Below, one piece after another: positions 8,857 through 18,241 of a stretch of DNA of 52,848 nt (position 1 is its first letter; the number at the start of each line of letters is the position of its first letter). The notes under the pieces are model-generated. The model was not told the DNA's origin. It saw only the letters and a list, made by a program, of their open reading frames with translations, and made no database searches. The stretch is taken from NCBI GenBank assembly GCA_052146895.1, contig JBKQLZ010000116.1, positions 1 to 52,848 on the forward strand. Reading direction: 5' to 3'. Origin of the DNA: Acidimicrobiales bacterium. Lineage in GTDB: Bacteria; Actinomycetota; Acidimicrobiia; Acidimicrobiales; Bog-793. A program made the position numbers and the translations under genes.

Positions 8857-10197
8857 TTATCCCGCTGATTCGGCCTCGAGCTTATGCATGACGATGTCCG
8901 CGATCCGTGCCACATCACGGTCCAGGTACTTGCGCGCATGGAACAGGACGATCGCCCCACCGGCGACGCCGGGAGCGACCGCTAGCAGCGCGCTGCGGTA
9001 GTCGTTGCCGAGCGCGCCTGCGATCGAGAACACCACGACCGACGCGGCCGCCTGTCCCGCGATGACCGAGACGATGTTGAACAGAGCAAAGCCCGATCCC
9101 CTGATCTGAGCGGGCAACGCGTCCGAGATGCCTGCCTTCAGCGCAGGCACCGCCAACGTCAGGATGAACGTCCCGATGAGCTCGAGGCTGTAGACGGCCG
9201 CGAACGGGATGTGGGCGAGCGACGCGGCGAAGAAGATCTCGCCGACAAGAAGGCAAACCGCGGGAACGGCCATGCGCCCGCCTTCGATCCTCGGAGCGAA
9301 ACGATCGGCGACCCTCCCTCCCACCAACACACCGGGGACGCCTGCGACGACGATCAACATGCCCGTGAAGAGAGCCGCTTGCGTAGTCGTCCGCCCGAGC
9401 TGGTGCTCGTAGAACTGTGGCAGCGCCGATGCGACGGCTGTCACCGTAAAGAGGAGGGCCGACACGCCGACGAGGGCGAACTGCAGAGTCTTTATCTTCG
9501 AGATCGTCCGGTAGTCGTCGCCGAGGCCTTTCAACATGTCCCACAGGGAGGACCTCGCCCGCCTCGGCGCCGCGAACGCGGTGGTGCCGAAGTCGGCTTC
9601 GCCCCGCGCTGGCTCGTGGAGATGCCAGACCGCGATCGCGATGAGCGCGCCCGGAGCGCCCACCAGCAGAAACGCAGCCCGCCAACCCGCCCACGCCGCG
9701 ACTGCTCCCCCGAGGCCGAGACCCACGCCGAAGCCGACGAAGGACATGCACTGCTGCGCCGAGAATGCATGACCGCGCCGGCGCAGCGGGTAGAGGTCCG
9801 ACAGCAGGCTGGAGGACGAGGGCTCACTTAGGGCTTGGCCAAAGCCGAGGGCCGAGCGGACAGCCACGAGCGCCCCGAAGTTCCAGGCCGCAGCGGTGAG
9901 CGCAGTGAGGCCCGACCAGACGATGAGTGTCCCCGCGATCCCCTTGCGCCGGACCCAGCGATCGGCGAGATAGCCCGCCGGCACGCTGACGACGCCGTTC
10001 GCGATCGTGTAGCAGGACAGCAATGCGCCGAGGTCGAAGTCGCTCAGGTGGAACGCGTGTTGGATCGGGGTTGCGGCGCCGCGCAGGATGTTCTGATCGA
10101 TCTGGTCGATCATGATGACGAAGGCGAGCACCCACATCGGCCACAGCGATGTCTCGGGGTGCGCGCCGACCATGGGCTCGGCGACCTGCTCGCTCAC
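8857..10197 (-). CDS. MFS transporter (spinster-like)
   Basis: About 12 TM segments. Motif A GYLADRWVRRK; IDQIDQNIL; SDLYPLRRRG. Confidence 0.85.
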   Translation of the reverse strand: MSEQVAEPMVGAHPETSLWPMWVLAFVIMIDQIDQNILRGAATPIQHAFHLSDFDLGALLSCYTIANGVVSVPAGYLADRWVRRKGIAGTLIVWSGLTALTAAAWNFGALVAVRSALGFGQALSEPSSSSLLSDLYPLRRRGHAFSAQQCMSFVGFGVGLGLGGAVAAWAGWRAAFLLVGAPGALIAIAVWHLHEPARGEADFGTTAFAAPRRARSSLWDMLKGLGDDYRTISKIKTLQFALVGVSALLFTVTAVASALPQFYEHQLGRTTTQAALFTGMLIVVAGVPGVLVGGRVADRFAPRIEGGRMAVPAVCLLVGEIFFAASLAHIPFAAVYSLELIGTFILTLAVPALKAGISDALPAQIRGSGFALFNIVSVIAGQAAASVVVFSIAGALGNDYRSALLAVAPGVAGGAIVLFHARKYLDRDVARIADIVMHKLEAESAG

Positions 10198-10309
10198 GGA
10201 GCCATCCTTGCAGCACTCCCGCTCTGCGCCTCGTTCAGGCGGCTCGCGGCGGGAGCAGCGCGACTCGAAGTCGCCGCGCTCTAGAACCGCAGCGACAGAT
10301 CCGCCGGCC

Positions 10310-11701
10310 TCATCCGGTCACGCCTTTGCGCACTTGTGCGGTCTCCCAGGCCTGGTAGCCGCCAAGGATGTCAGAGACGTCGCCGAAGCCGGCGAGGCGC
10401 AGCAAGCTCGCCGCTATCGACGAGCGATACCCGCCGGCGCAGAAGACAACCGTGGGCCGCCCCGGATCAAGTGCCTCGATCTCGTCGCGCAGTCTCGGGA
10501 GCGGGATGCAGACCGCGCCTGGCATTGTGCCTTCCGAGACCTCACCCGCGTTCCGGACATCCACGACCTGGAGATCGGGGACGTTTCGATGCCTCTCGTC
10601 GAACGTTCCGGCAGTGAGCCGGGAGGCCGTTTTCACGAACTCCGGGCGCTGTTGGAACGCGGCGTAGATGTTCTCGACATAGCCGACGACGCGGTCATAA
10701 CCTATGCGGCTCAGGCGTACCTTGGCCTCGAGCTCGGTTCCGGGCTCTGCCAGCAGAACGATCTGTTCGTCAGGGCGCACCACGCTGCCGACGTACTGTG
10801 CGTAGCGCCCCTCGAGACCAACGTTCACCGAGCCGATCAGGTTGCCGGTAGCGAACCCAGTGGAGTCGCGTGTGTCGAGCAGGACGGCGCCGCCGCTCGC
10901 AAACCTGAGGGCATCGTCGATCGTGAGAGGTGTCGGATGCTCGTGCTCGTGAAGCAGCTCGTGCGCCTCGCGGTTGCGTATCGCGTCATACGCGAAGTAG
11001 GTGGGTGCACTGGCCTGACCCTCGGTCACGACGTGGATGAATTCGGCGCGTGACATCGGCTGCAGGGCGTAGTTCGCCGCGCGCTGATGGCCGATGGTGG
11101 ACGTCAGGTCCGTCGAGAGGTTCTTCCCGCACGCTGAGCCGGCGCCGTGGCCGGGAAATACGCGAGTGGCGTCGGGCAGCCTCAGGAGCTTGTCGTTGAG
11201 CGAGTCGTAGAGCATGTTCGCGAGCTCGTCGGAAGTCGTTCCGAGCGACGAGAGCAGATCCGGCCGTCCGACATCGCCGATGAACAGCGTGTCCCCAGTG
11301 AGAACTCCGTATGGCAACTCGTCATCGGCGTGCTCGTACACAACGATGCTGATCGACTCAGGAGTGTGTCCGGGTGTCTCGAGGATCTTGAGTGTTACGT
11401 CACCGAGCGAGATGCAATCGCCGTCGTGCAGCGCCCGTGCTGTGAACTGGGGATCAGCGCGTGCGCCGAAGGCGATATCGGCACCCGTCGCTTGAGCCAG
11501 CTCGAGATGGCCTGAGAGGAAGTCGGCGTGAAAGTGCGTGTCGATGACCAACTCGATCGTGACGTGGTGTGCCTGCGCCGCCTCGAGGTACTGCTCGATG
11601 TCGCGGCGGGGATCAACCACGACCGCTCGCCCGGTCGTCTCGTCGCCGAGGAAGTAGGAGGCCTGCGACAAGCACTCGAGGTAGTACTGCTCGAAGATCA
11701 T
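10310..11701 (-). CDS. MBL-fold hydrolase fused to rhodanese domains (persulfide dioxygenase-sulfurtransferase-like)
   Basis: THFHADFLSG, TPGHTPES, GDTLFIGDVGRPDL and PGHGAGSACG, followed by two rhodanese domains; the last carries CAGGYRS. Alternative start GTG 11710. Confidence 0.9.
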   Translation of the reverse strand: MIFEQYYLECLSQASYFLGDETTGRAVVVDPRRDIEQYLEAAQAHHVTIELVIDTHFHADFLSGHLELAQATGADIAFGARADPQFTARALHDGDCISLGDVTLKILETPGHTPESISIVVYEHADDELPYGVLTGDTLFIGDVGRPDLLSSLGTTSDELANMLYDSLNDKLLRLPDATRVFPGHGAGSACGKNLSTDLTSTIGHQRAANYALQPMSRAEFIHVVTEGQASAPTYFAYDAIRNREAHELLHEHEHPTPLTIDDALRFASGGAVLLDTRDSTGFATGNLIGSVNVGLEGRYAQYVGSVVRPDEQIVLLAEPGTELEAKVRLSRIGYDRVVGYVENIYAAFQQRPEFVKTASRLTAGTFDERHRNVPDLQVVDVRNAGEVSEGTMPGAVCIPLPRLRDEIEALDPGRPTVVFCAGGYRSSIAASLLRLAGFGDVSDILGGYQAWETAQVRKGVTG

Positions 11702-11841
11702 GACACTCACTCCGCGTCGGGCTCGGCGGCCGGCTTTGACGATTTAACCACTAACCATGGTGATGTGGCGGCGCCGGGAGCTGCCACGTTGATGTCGGAT
11801 TCCCGCTTGTTCGAACTGTGCCCAACGTCCAAGATCATCCA

Positions 11842-12651
11842 ATGGACCTAGATGACATCAGGGGGAGGTTCCGCGACCTCCACCGGGACGGATCGTTCCT
11901 AATGCCGAACCCACATGACGTCGGCTCTTGTCGGCTACTCACGACGCTCGGTTATGAGGCACTGGCGACCACAAGTGGCGGGTACGCAGCGTCGATGGGG
12001 CGACCCGACATGACCGGGAGTCGCGAAGAGCTCGTCGCGCACGTCCAAGCACTGTGCAGTGCTACTCACCTGCCCATCAACGTCGACTCCGAGCAGTGCT
12101 TCCCTGACTCGCCCGGCGGCGTCGGGGAGACCGTCGCACTGTTGGCCGGTGCCGGGGCAGCAGGATGCTCGATCGAGGATTGGAATCCGCTCTCCCACCA
12201 GATCGAGGACTTGAGCGTGGCGGTGGAACGCGTCGAGATCGCGGCGGAGGCTGCCGAGCACGTCGGTCTCACTCTGACGGCCCGAGCGGAAAATCACCTC
12301 CGCGGTCGCGACGACCTCGACGACACGATCCGACGTCTCGTCGCCTATCGCTCTGCTGGCGCGCACGTCCTCTATGCGCCGGCCCTCACGGACCTCTCTG
12401 CGATCGCGCGGCTCGTCGATGAAGTCGCGGGCCCAGTCAACGTCCTGCTTCTCCCAGGCGGACCGTCTGCCGCCCAGCTTGCCGAGATTGGCGTACGGCG
12501 CATGTCTGTTGGCAGCTCGCTCGCTCTTATCGCGTACGGGGCGCTCGTCGATGCGGCAGAACACCTGCTGACCTCGGGAACGTATCCGCCTGAAGCCCCT
12601 TACCTCAGCCGCGACCTCGCTGGTAGGGCGTTCGCCATACCGGGGAGGTGA
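11842..12651 (+). CDS. Isocitrate lyase/PEP mutase family protein
   Basis: Motifs MPNPHD, ALATTSGG, INVDSE, GCSIED, TARAEN, PVNVL, RRMSVGS. Confidence 0.88.
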   Translation: MDLDDIRGRFRDLHRDGSFLMPNPHDVGSCRLLTTLGYEALATTSGGYAASMGRPDMTGSREELVAHVQALCSATHLPINVDSEQCFPDSPGGVGETVALLAGAGAAGCSIEDWNPLSHQIEDLSVAVERVEIAAEAAEHVGLTLTARAENHLRGRDDLDDTIRRLVAYRSAGAHVLYAPALTDLSAIARLVDEVAGPVNVLLLPGGPSAAQLAEIGVRRMSVGSSLALIAYGALVDAAEHLLTSGTYPPEAPYLSRDLAGRAFAIPGR

Positions 12652-12665
12652 TGCCCTTGCGACAC

Positions 12666-13604
12666 TCAGCGCAGCGCCACCGCGACCTGATCGATCTCGG
12701 CGAGCACGTCCGCCGCCAGCTCGATGTCCCCCGCGGCGGCGTTCGCGCGCACCTGTTCGGCCGAGGTAGCACCGGCGATCACGCTGCCGACGGCGGGCTG
12801 GGCGGCGAGCCCCGCGAGGGCGAGCTCGGAGAGCGTGATGCCCGCTTGCTCAGCCACGGCGGCAAGTCCTTCGATGACGTCGAAGGTCTTGTCACTCGGC
12901 GCGTTACGGCCGGACAGCCGACTTCCTTCCGGAGCGTCATCGCCCCGCTTCCACTTGCCGGTGAGTAGGCCGTTCGCAAGCGGGAAGTAAGGGATCACCG
13001 ATATCCCATGCGCGAGGCACGTTGGGATGAGGTCGAGCTCGATCGTCCGCTCGAGCAACGAGTAGTGATTCTGAGCCGAGATGTAGCGCGTGATACCGCG
13101 GGTCTTCGCAATCCAGTCCGCCTCAGTCGCCTGCCACGCGGGGAAGTTGGACGACCCGGCATAGCGGATCTTGCCCTCGTGCACGAGGTCGTCGAGGGCT
13201 CCGAGCGTCTCCTCGTGCGGGGTCACGCCGTCCAGCCGGTGGAGCTGGTAGAGATCGATCCAGTCGGTCTGCAACCGGCGGAGCGACGCCTCCACGGCCC
13301 GGTGCACGTAGCGGCGTGAGGCTCTCGCCCCCCAGTCCGGGCCGTTCGTGCCGTTCATGTTCGAGCCGAACTTGGTGGCGATCACCACCTCTTCACGCCG
13401 GCCCTTCAGGACCTCGCCGAGGATCGTCTCGGAGTTCCCCGTGTCGTAGCTGTCGGAGGTGTCGATGAAATTGATGCCGGCCTCGATCGCCGACTCGATC
13501 ACAGGACGAGACTTCTCGACATCCAGGCGCCAACCGAAGTTGTTGGCACCGAGCCCGATGACAGAGACGGTGAGACCGGAGTTCCCGAGCTGACGCATAC
13601 GCAT
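12666..13604 (-). CDS. Aldo/keto reductase
   Basis: Motifs RQLGNSGLTVSVIGLG, IDTSDSY, IATKFG, SLRRLQTDWIDLYQLH, GKIRYAGSSN, PYFPLANG. Confidence 0.93.
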   Translation of the reverse strand: MRMRQLGNSGLTVSVIGLGANNFGWRLDVEKSRPVIESAIEAGINFIDTSDSYDTGNSETILGEVLKGRREEVVIATKFGSNMNGTNGPDWGARASRRYVHRAVEASLRRLQTDWIDLYQLHRLDGVTPHEETLGALDDLVHEGKIRYAGSSNFPAWQATEADWIAKTRGITRYISAQNHYSLLERTIELDLIPTCLAHGISVIPYFPLANGLLTGKWKRGDDAPEGSRLSGRNAPSDKTFDVIEGLAAVAEQAGITLSELALAGLAAQPAVGSVIAGATSAEQVRANAAAGDIELAADVLAEIDQVAVALR

Positions 13605-13650
13605 AGCGGCCACCGTACCGGAGCGCCCTGGCATTCGATACCGTTCGAGC
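13605..13650. promoter_or_regulatory. Back-to-back putative leaderless promoters (AKR and cob operon)
   Basis: 46-nt gap. TACCGT (13639-13644) lies 6 nt before the cobO GTG. On the minus strand TACGGT lies 7 nt before the AKR ATG. No SD on either side. Confidence 0.55.
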
Positions 13651-14172
13651 GTGCCCCGCGACTCTCTCATCCTCGTCAACACCGGTCACGGCAAAGGGAA
13701 GTCGTCCGCAGCCTTCGGCGTGATGGGTAGGGGCTGGGCCCGGGGTTGGACGGTCGGCGTGGTGCAGTTCGTGAAGAGCGGCAAGTGGAAGACCGGCGAG
13801 CGCAAGCTCGCGGACCACCTCGGGATCGAGTGGCACACGCTCGGTGACGGTTTCACGTGGGAGTCGACGGACCTCGACGAGACCGCCGCAAAGGGCAGGC
13901 ACGCCTGGGAGGTGGCCCGGGACCTACTTGCCTCTGGCGACTTCGACCTCCTCATCCTCGACGAGGTGACCTATGCCATGAAATACGGCTGGGTGTCTGT
14001 CGAGGACGTCGTCGAGGGCCTGAAAGCTCGCAGCCCCCGGACCAACGTCGTGCTCACAGGTCGTGACGCACCAGACGCCATCATCGAGATAGCCGACACG
14101 GTCACCGAGATGCGCATGGTGAAGCACGCCTTCGAACGGGGAATCACAGCTCGCAAGGGAATCGAGTACTGA
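13651..14172 (+). CDS. cobO: Cob(I)yrinic acid a,c-diamide adenosyltransferase
   Basis: Motifs NTGHGKGKSSAAFG, VQFVKSG, GDGFTW, ILDE, VLTGR, KHAF..GITARKGIEY. Confidence 0.95.
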   Translation: MPRDSLILVNTGHGKGKSSAAFGVMGRGWARGWTVGVVQFVKSGKWKTGERKLADHLGIEWHTLGDGFTWESTDLDETAAKGRHAWEVARDLLASGDFDLLILDEVTYAMKYGWVSVEDVVEGLKARSPRTNVVLTGRDAPDAIIEIADTVTEMRMVKHAFERGITARKGIEY

Positions 14173-15545
14173 GCACGCTCGGCCCCCGCGTCGTATTCGC
14201 GGGCACGCAGTCGGGGGTCGGTAAGACCACGGTCGCGACCGGCGTCATGGCCGCGCTCGGGCGCCGAGGCGTCCGGGTCGGAGCCGCAAAAGTCGGTCCG
14301 GACTTCATCGACACCGGCTACCACCGGCTCGCCACGGGGCGCCCGTCGCGCAATCTCGACGCGTGGATCTGTGGCGAGGAGGCGATCGCTCCTCTCGCCG
14401 CGCGAGCTGCCGAGGGTGCCGACCTGCTTGTCATCGAGGGAGTCATGGGCCTCTTCGACGGCGCGTCGGAGGAAGTCGCGACCGGCGAGTTGCCGACGGC
14501 GAGCACGGCTGCGATCGCCCGCCTCATAGCTGCGCCGGTCATCCTCGTGATCGATGCGTCGGCCATGAGCCAGTCGGTCGCGGCGCTGGTGCACGGTTAC
14601 TCGACTCTCAGCGTGGAGGTCCCGATCCGGGGCGTGATACTGAACCGCGTCGGCTCTGACGCTCACGAGGAAGGGCTGCGGCGAGCGCTCGAGCCCTTGG
14701 GCACCGAGGTCGTCGGCTGCCTCAGGCGAGACGACTCTTTCGAATGGCGGGACCGTCACCTCGGGCTGATACCCGTCGTCGAGCGTCCACACGAGCTAGA
14801 ACACTCACTCGAGAGGCTTGCAGAGGCGATCGAGCGATCGTTGGACCTCGACGCGATCTTGAGACTCGCCCGCTCGGCGACGCCGTTGCGCTGCGGAGCC
14901 ATTGCGCCTGCGGTGCAGCAAACCGACCGGCCCGTGCGCATAGCCGTGGCGGGAGGTGAGGCCTTCAGCTTCGTCTACCCCGACAACCTCGAGCGGCTGC
15001 AAGAGGCGGGTGCCGAGGTAGTCCCGGTCGACCCCGCCCGCGATGAACGGCTGCCGGACGGCACGGCCGCTCTCTATGCCGGAGGGGGCTTCCCCGAGAT
15101 CTTCGCCGAGCAGTTGGCAGGGAATCGGCATCTGCTCGACGAGGTCAAGAGCCGGGCGGCAACCGGGATGCCGATCTGGGCCGAGTGTGGAGGGCTCCTG
15201 TGGCTGGCCGAGTCCCTCGGGGCTCACGTCCTCGGTGGAGTGATACCTACCCGTGGCGAGATGACGCGCCGACTGACTCTCGGCTACCGGCGCGCCGTGG
15301 TCCTTGCGGACAATCCGGTGGCGCCCAAGGGGACCCAACTCCGGGGCCACGAGTTCCACTACTCGACCTGCGGCCCAGCTGGTGAGGCCTTGGAGCTCTC
15401 GGGCAGGCAAGGAACGCGCCTTGAGGGCTTCGCCACCCCGTCGCTGCTCGCGACCTATCTTCACCTGCACCTCGGGGCGGATGTGGCGGTGGGCGAGCGT
15501 TTCGTCCGGGCTGCCGTGGAGGCCCGGGCCAGTGCCTCGTCGTAG
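14169..15545 (+). CDS. cobB: Cobyrinate a,c-diamide synthase (CbiA/CobB); probable CTG start
   Basis: P-loop AGTQSGVGKTT lies upstream of the first ATG (14247). Also KVGPDFID, EGVMGLFDG, RHLGL, GGGFPE, AECGG, GHEFHYS, YLHLH. Confidence 0.93.
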   Translation: MSTLGPRVVFAGTQSGVGKTTVATGVMAALGRRGVRVGAAKVGPDFIDTGYHRLATGRPSRNLDAWICGEEAIAPLAARAAEGADLLVIEGVMGLFDGASEEVATGELPTASTAAIARLIAAPVILVIDASAMSQSVAALVHGYSTLSVEVPIRGVILNRVGSDAHEEGLRRALEPLGTEVVGCLRRDDSFEWRDRHLGLIPVVERPHELEHSLERLAEAIERSLDLDAILRLARSATPLRCGAIAPAVQQTDRPVRIAVAGGEAFSFVYPDNLERLQEAGAEVVPVDPARDERLPDGTAALYAGGGFPEIFAEQLAGNRHLLDEVKSRAATGMPIWAECGGLLWLAESLGAHVLGGVIPTRGEMTRRLTLGYRRAVVLADNPVAPKGTQLRGHEFHYSTCGPAGEALELSGRQGTRLEGFATPSLLATYLHLHLGADVAVGERFVRAAVEARASASS

Positions 15546-15555
15546 GGTGGTCACC

Positions 15556-16290
15556 GTGTCGCGTCCTGATCCTCCGCCTGTGGGCCGCCTGATCGGCGTC
15601 GGTGTCGGCCCGGGAGACCCGGAACTGCTCACGACAAGAGCGCTCCGTCTCCTGCGAGAGGCGGATCGCGTGATCGCTCCGACGACTGCTCTCGATGCCA
15701 TCGGGCGCGCCGAGGCGATCGTCCGCCAAGCCGCTCCAGAGCTGCAGATCGAGCGCCTCGTGTTCGACATGGGCTCCTCTCGCGAGGCCTCACACGAGGC
15801 AGCTGCCGCACGTCTGCTTCCCGCCCTCGAAGCCGGTGACAACATCGCCTTCGTCACGCTCGGCGACCCGAACGTCTATTCCACGTTCTCCTCCCTCGTC
15901 GAGGCGCTCCGCCGGCATCGAGCTCATCTGGTTGTCGAGACGGTGCCGGGCATCATGGCGTTCCAGGAGCTGGCCTCCCGTGCGGGGGTCGTCGTTCTCG
16001 ACGGGACGGAGCGGCTCGCTCTCGTGACAGCCCTCGACGGCGTTGCCGACGTCGCAACGGCGATCGAGGACTCCGAAGCCGCCGTGGTCGTCTACAAAGG
16101 CGGGCGTCACCTGCCAGAGATCGCCCGACTGCTCGACAAGGCCGGGCGCTCCGGGGGGGCGGTGTTCGGCGAGCTCCTCGGCTTGCCCGGTGAGAAGTTG
16201 AAGCCGGTGAGCGAGGCGGGCGACCAGCCGGCCACCTATCTCGCGACCGTCATCGTGCCGCCGGTGAGACGGGAGAGGGCAGATGGGTGA
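15556..16290 (+). CDS. cbiL: Cobalt-precorrin-2 C20-methyltransferase
   Basis: Motifs GVGVGPGDPELLT, FVTLGDPNVYSTF, VPGIMAF, YLATVIV. Start GTG 15556 (or 15547). Confidence 0.9.
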   Translation: MSRPDPPPVGRLIGVGVGPGDPELLTTRALRLLREADRVIAPTTALDAIGRAEAIVRQAAPELQIERLVFDMGSSREASHEAAAARLLPALEAGDNIAFVTLGDPNVYSTFSSLVEALRRHRAHLVVETVPGIMAFQELASRAGVVVLDGTERLALVTALDGVADVATAIEDSEAAVVVYKGGRHLPEIARLLDKAGRSGGAVFGELLGLPGEKLKPVSEAGDQPATYLATVIVPPVRRERADG

Positions 16291-17125
16291 GTTGGGGGGC
16301 GTCATCAGCTTCGTCGGGGCCGGGCCGGGCGCGGCGGACCTGATCACGCTGCGTGGGGCGGATCGGCTCCGCCGGGCAGATGTCGTGATCTGGGCCTCCT
16401 CGCTCGTACCGGAGGCCCTGCTCGAGCACGCCGGTGCCGATGCGGTCGTGCACGACTCGGCCGTCATGACGCTCGAGGACGTCCTCGGGGTCTACGAGGC
16501 GAGCGCCGGTGCCCGTGTCGTGCGGCTGCACTCCGGCGACCCCGGCATATACGGGGCGATCCAGGAGCAGATCGACTGGTGTGCCACGAACGAGCGTGAC
16601 TTCGAGATCGTGCCGGGCGTGAGCTCGCTCGCGGCCGCTGCGGCGGCGGTGGCTCGCGAGCTGACGATCCCGAAGCTCTCCCAGAGCGTCGTGATCACGC
16701 GCCTGCCCGGGCGGACCAAGGCTTCCATGCCCGAACGCGAGACGCTGGCGGCGTTCGCGGCGATTGGGGCGACGACGGCGGTGTTTCTTGCAGGAGCGAG
16801 ACCGGCTGAGCTCCAGTCCGAGCTGCTCGGCCCCGGGAGCGCCTATACGGAAGCCACACCCGCGGCTGTTGTCGTGCGGGCCACCTGGCCTGACGAGCAG
16901 GTGCTCCGGACCACAGTCGGCGAGCTTGCGGCCGCCATCACCTCGACCGGGGCGACGCGGACCGTGCTCGTCCTCGTGGGCGAGACGCTCCGGCCGACCG
17001 GCGAGCAGGCTGCGGCCCGGAGCCACCTCTATTCCCCCTCGTACGCGCACGCCTTCCGCAAGCGGTCCCGTTCGGGCTCGACAGCCGGCCGGCCGGCGGG
17101 ACGGCGCGGCGCCGGCCTGCGGTGA
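16283..17125 (+). CDS. cbiF: Cobalt-precorrin-4 C11-methyltransferase
   Basis: Motifs FVGAGPGAADLIT, RLHSGDP, VPGVSS, ELTIP..SQSVVITR, RATWPDE, RSHLYSP. Confidence 0.93.
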   Translation: MGELGGVISFVGAGPGAADLITLRGADRLRRADVVIWASSLVPEALLEHAGADAVVHDSAVMTLEDVLGVYEASAGARVVRLHSGDPGIYGAIQEQIDWCATNERDFEIVPGVSSLAAAAAAVARELTIPKLSQSVVITRLPGRTKASMPERETLAAFAAIGATTAVFLAGARPAELQSELLGPGSAYTEATPAAVVVRATWPDEQVLRTTVGELAAAITSTGATRTVLVLVGETLRPTGEQAAARSHLYSPSYAHAFRKRSRSGSTAGRPAGRRGAGLR

Positions 17126-18231
17126 GCACCTATGAGCCGGAACTGAGCGACGAGGTCGCTGCCCGGCGTCGCGGGCTGCGAACCGGCTGGACGACGGGGA
17201 CATGTGCCTCTGCGGCCGCTAAGGCAGCAGCAATCGGCCTCGACTCAGGCCGCTTGCCCGAGATCGTCGAGGTCGAGCTCCCGGGTGGGAAACGGGTCTC
17301 GTTCCCCGTGGAGATGCCGGAGGGGCCGCGCGCGCCGGTCGCGGCCGTCGTGAAGGACGCCGGGGACGATCCGGACTGCACCGATGGTGCTCACATGACC
17401 GCTGAAGTTGCGTGGGCACAGGACAGTGAAGCCGAGACCGAGCTCCGGGCTGGCCATGGAGTCGGCGTCGTCACGAAGCCCGGGCTCGGATTGCCTGTCG
17501 GCGCGCCTGCCATCAACCCCGTGCCGCGCCGCATGATCCTGTTGGCGTTGTCCGAAGTGACGGACCGGCCCGTTGTGGTGACGTTCTCGGTACCGGGGGG
17601 AAGGGAGATGGCGGCCGAGACGACCAACGACCGGCTCGGCATCTTGGGGGGGATCTCGATCCTCGGGACGACCGGCATCGTCCGGCCGTTCTCGACTGCC
17701 TCGTACCGCGCGTCAGTCGTTCAACAGATCGACGTCGCGGCCGCACAAGGCGAGACTCATTGCGTGCTGTCGACGGGCCACCGTTCCGAGACGCTCGCCA
17801 TGTCGTTGCTTCCGGGCATCGACCCCGTCTGCTTCGTCGAGGTCGGCGACTTCACGGGTATCGCCCTGCGGCGGATCGCCTCAGCTGGGATGACTGGCTG
17901 CCACCTCGTCGCCATGGCAGGCAAGCTGACGAAACTCGCGAGCGGCGTCATGATGACCCACTTCCACCGGACCGACGTCGACACGGAGGTGTTGGCGGAG
18001 GTGGCGCGGGAGGCGGGAGCCGCGCCGGAGGTCGTCGCCGCCGCGACCGCGACTGCCACCGCCCGACACTTCGCCGAGGTGTGCGTGGAGCGCGGCGATC
18101 TTCGCCCTCTGCAGCTCCTGACCGAGCGCGCGCGGGTGTCCTGCGTCACGCACACGAAGGGCAAGATAGACGTGGCGGTCTGGATGTCGGATTTCGAGGG
18201 TGAGCAAGTGCTTGCCCGGGCCGAGGCGTGA
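17122..18231 (+). CDS. cbiD: Cobalt-precorrin-5B C1-methyltransferase
   Basis: Motifs LRTGWTTGTCASAAAKAA, KDAGDDPDCTDG, AINPVPR, LGILGGISILGTTGIVRP, GKLTKLA. Confidence 0.95.
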   Translation: MSTYEPELSDEVAARRRGLRTGWTTGTCASAAAKAAAIGLDSGRLPEIVEVELPGGKRVSFPVEMPEGPRAPVAAVVKDAGDDPDCTDGAHMTAEVAWAQDSEAETELRAGHGVGVVTKPGLGLPVGAPAINPVPRRMILLALSEVTDRPVVVTFSVPGGREMAAETTNDRLGILGGISILGTTGIVRPFSTASYRASVVQQIDVAAAQGETHCVLSTGHRSETLAMSLLPGIDPVCFVEVGDFTGIALRRIASAGMTGCHLVAMAGKLTKLASGVMMTHFHRTDVDTEVLAEVAREAGAAPEVVAAATATATARHFAEVCVERGDLRPLQLLTERARVSCVTHTKGKIDVAVWMSDFEGEQVLARAEA

Positions 18232-18241
18232 GGTCTTCGCA

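Noticed and set aside
13605-13650. Cobalamin riboswitch upstream of the cob operon
   Set aside because: Gap is only 46 nt and no B12-box-like sequence is visible.
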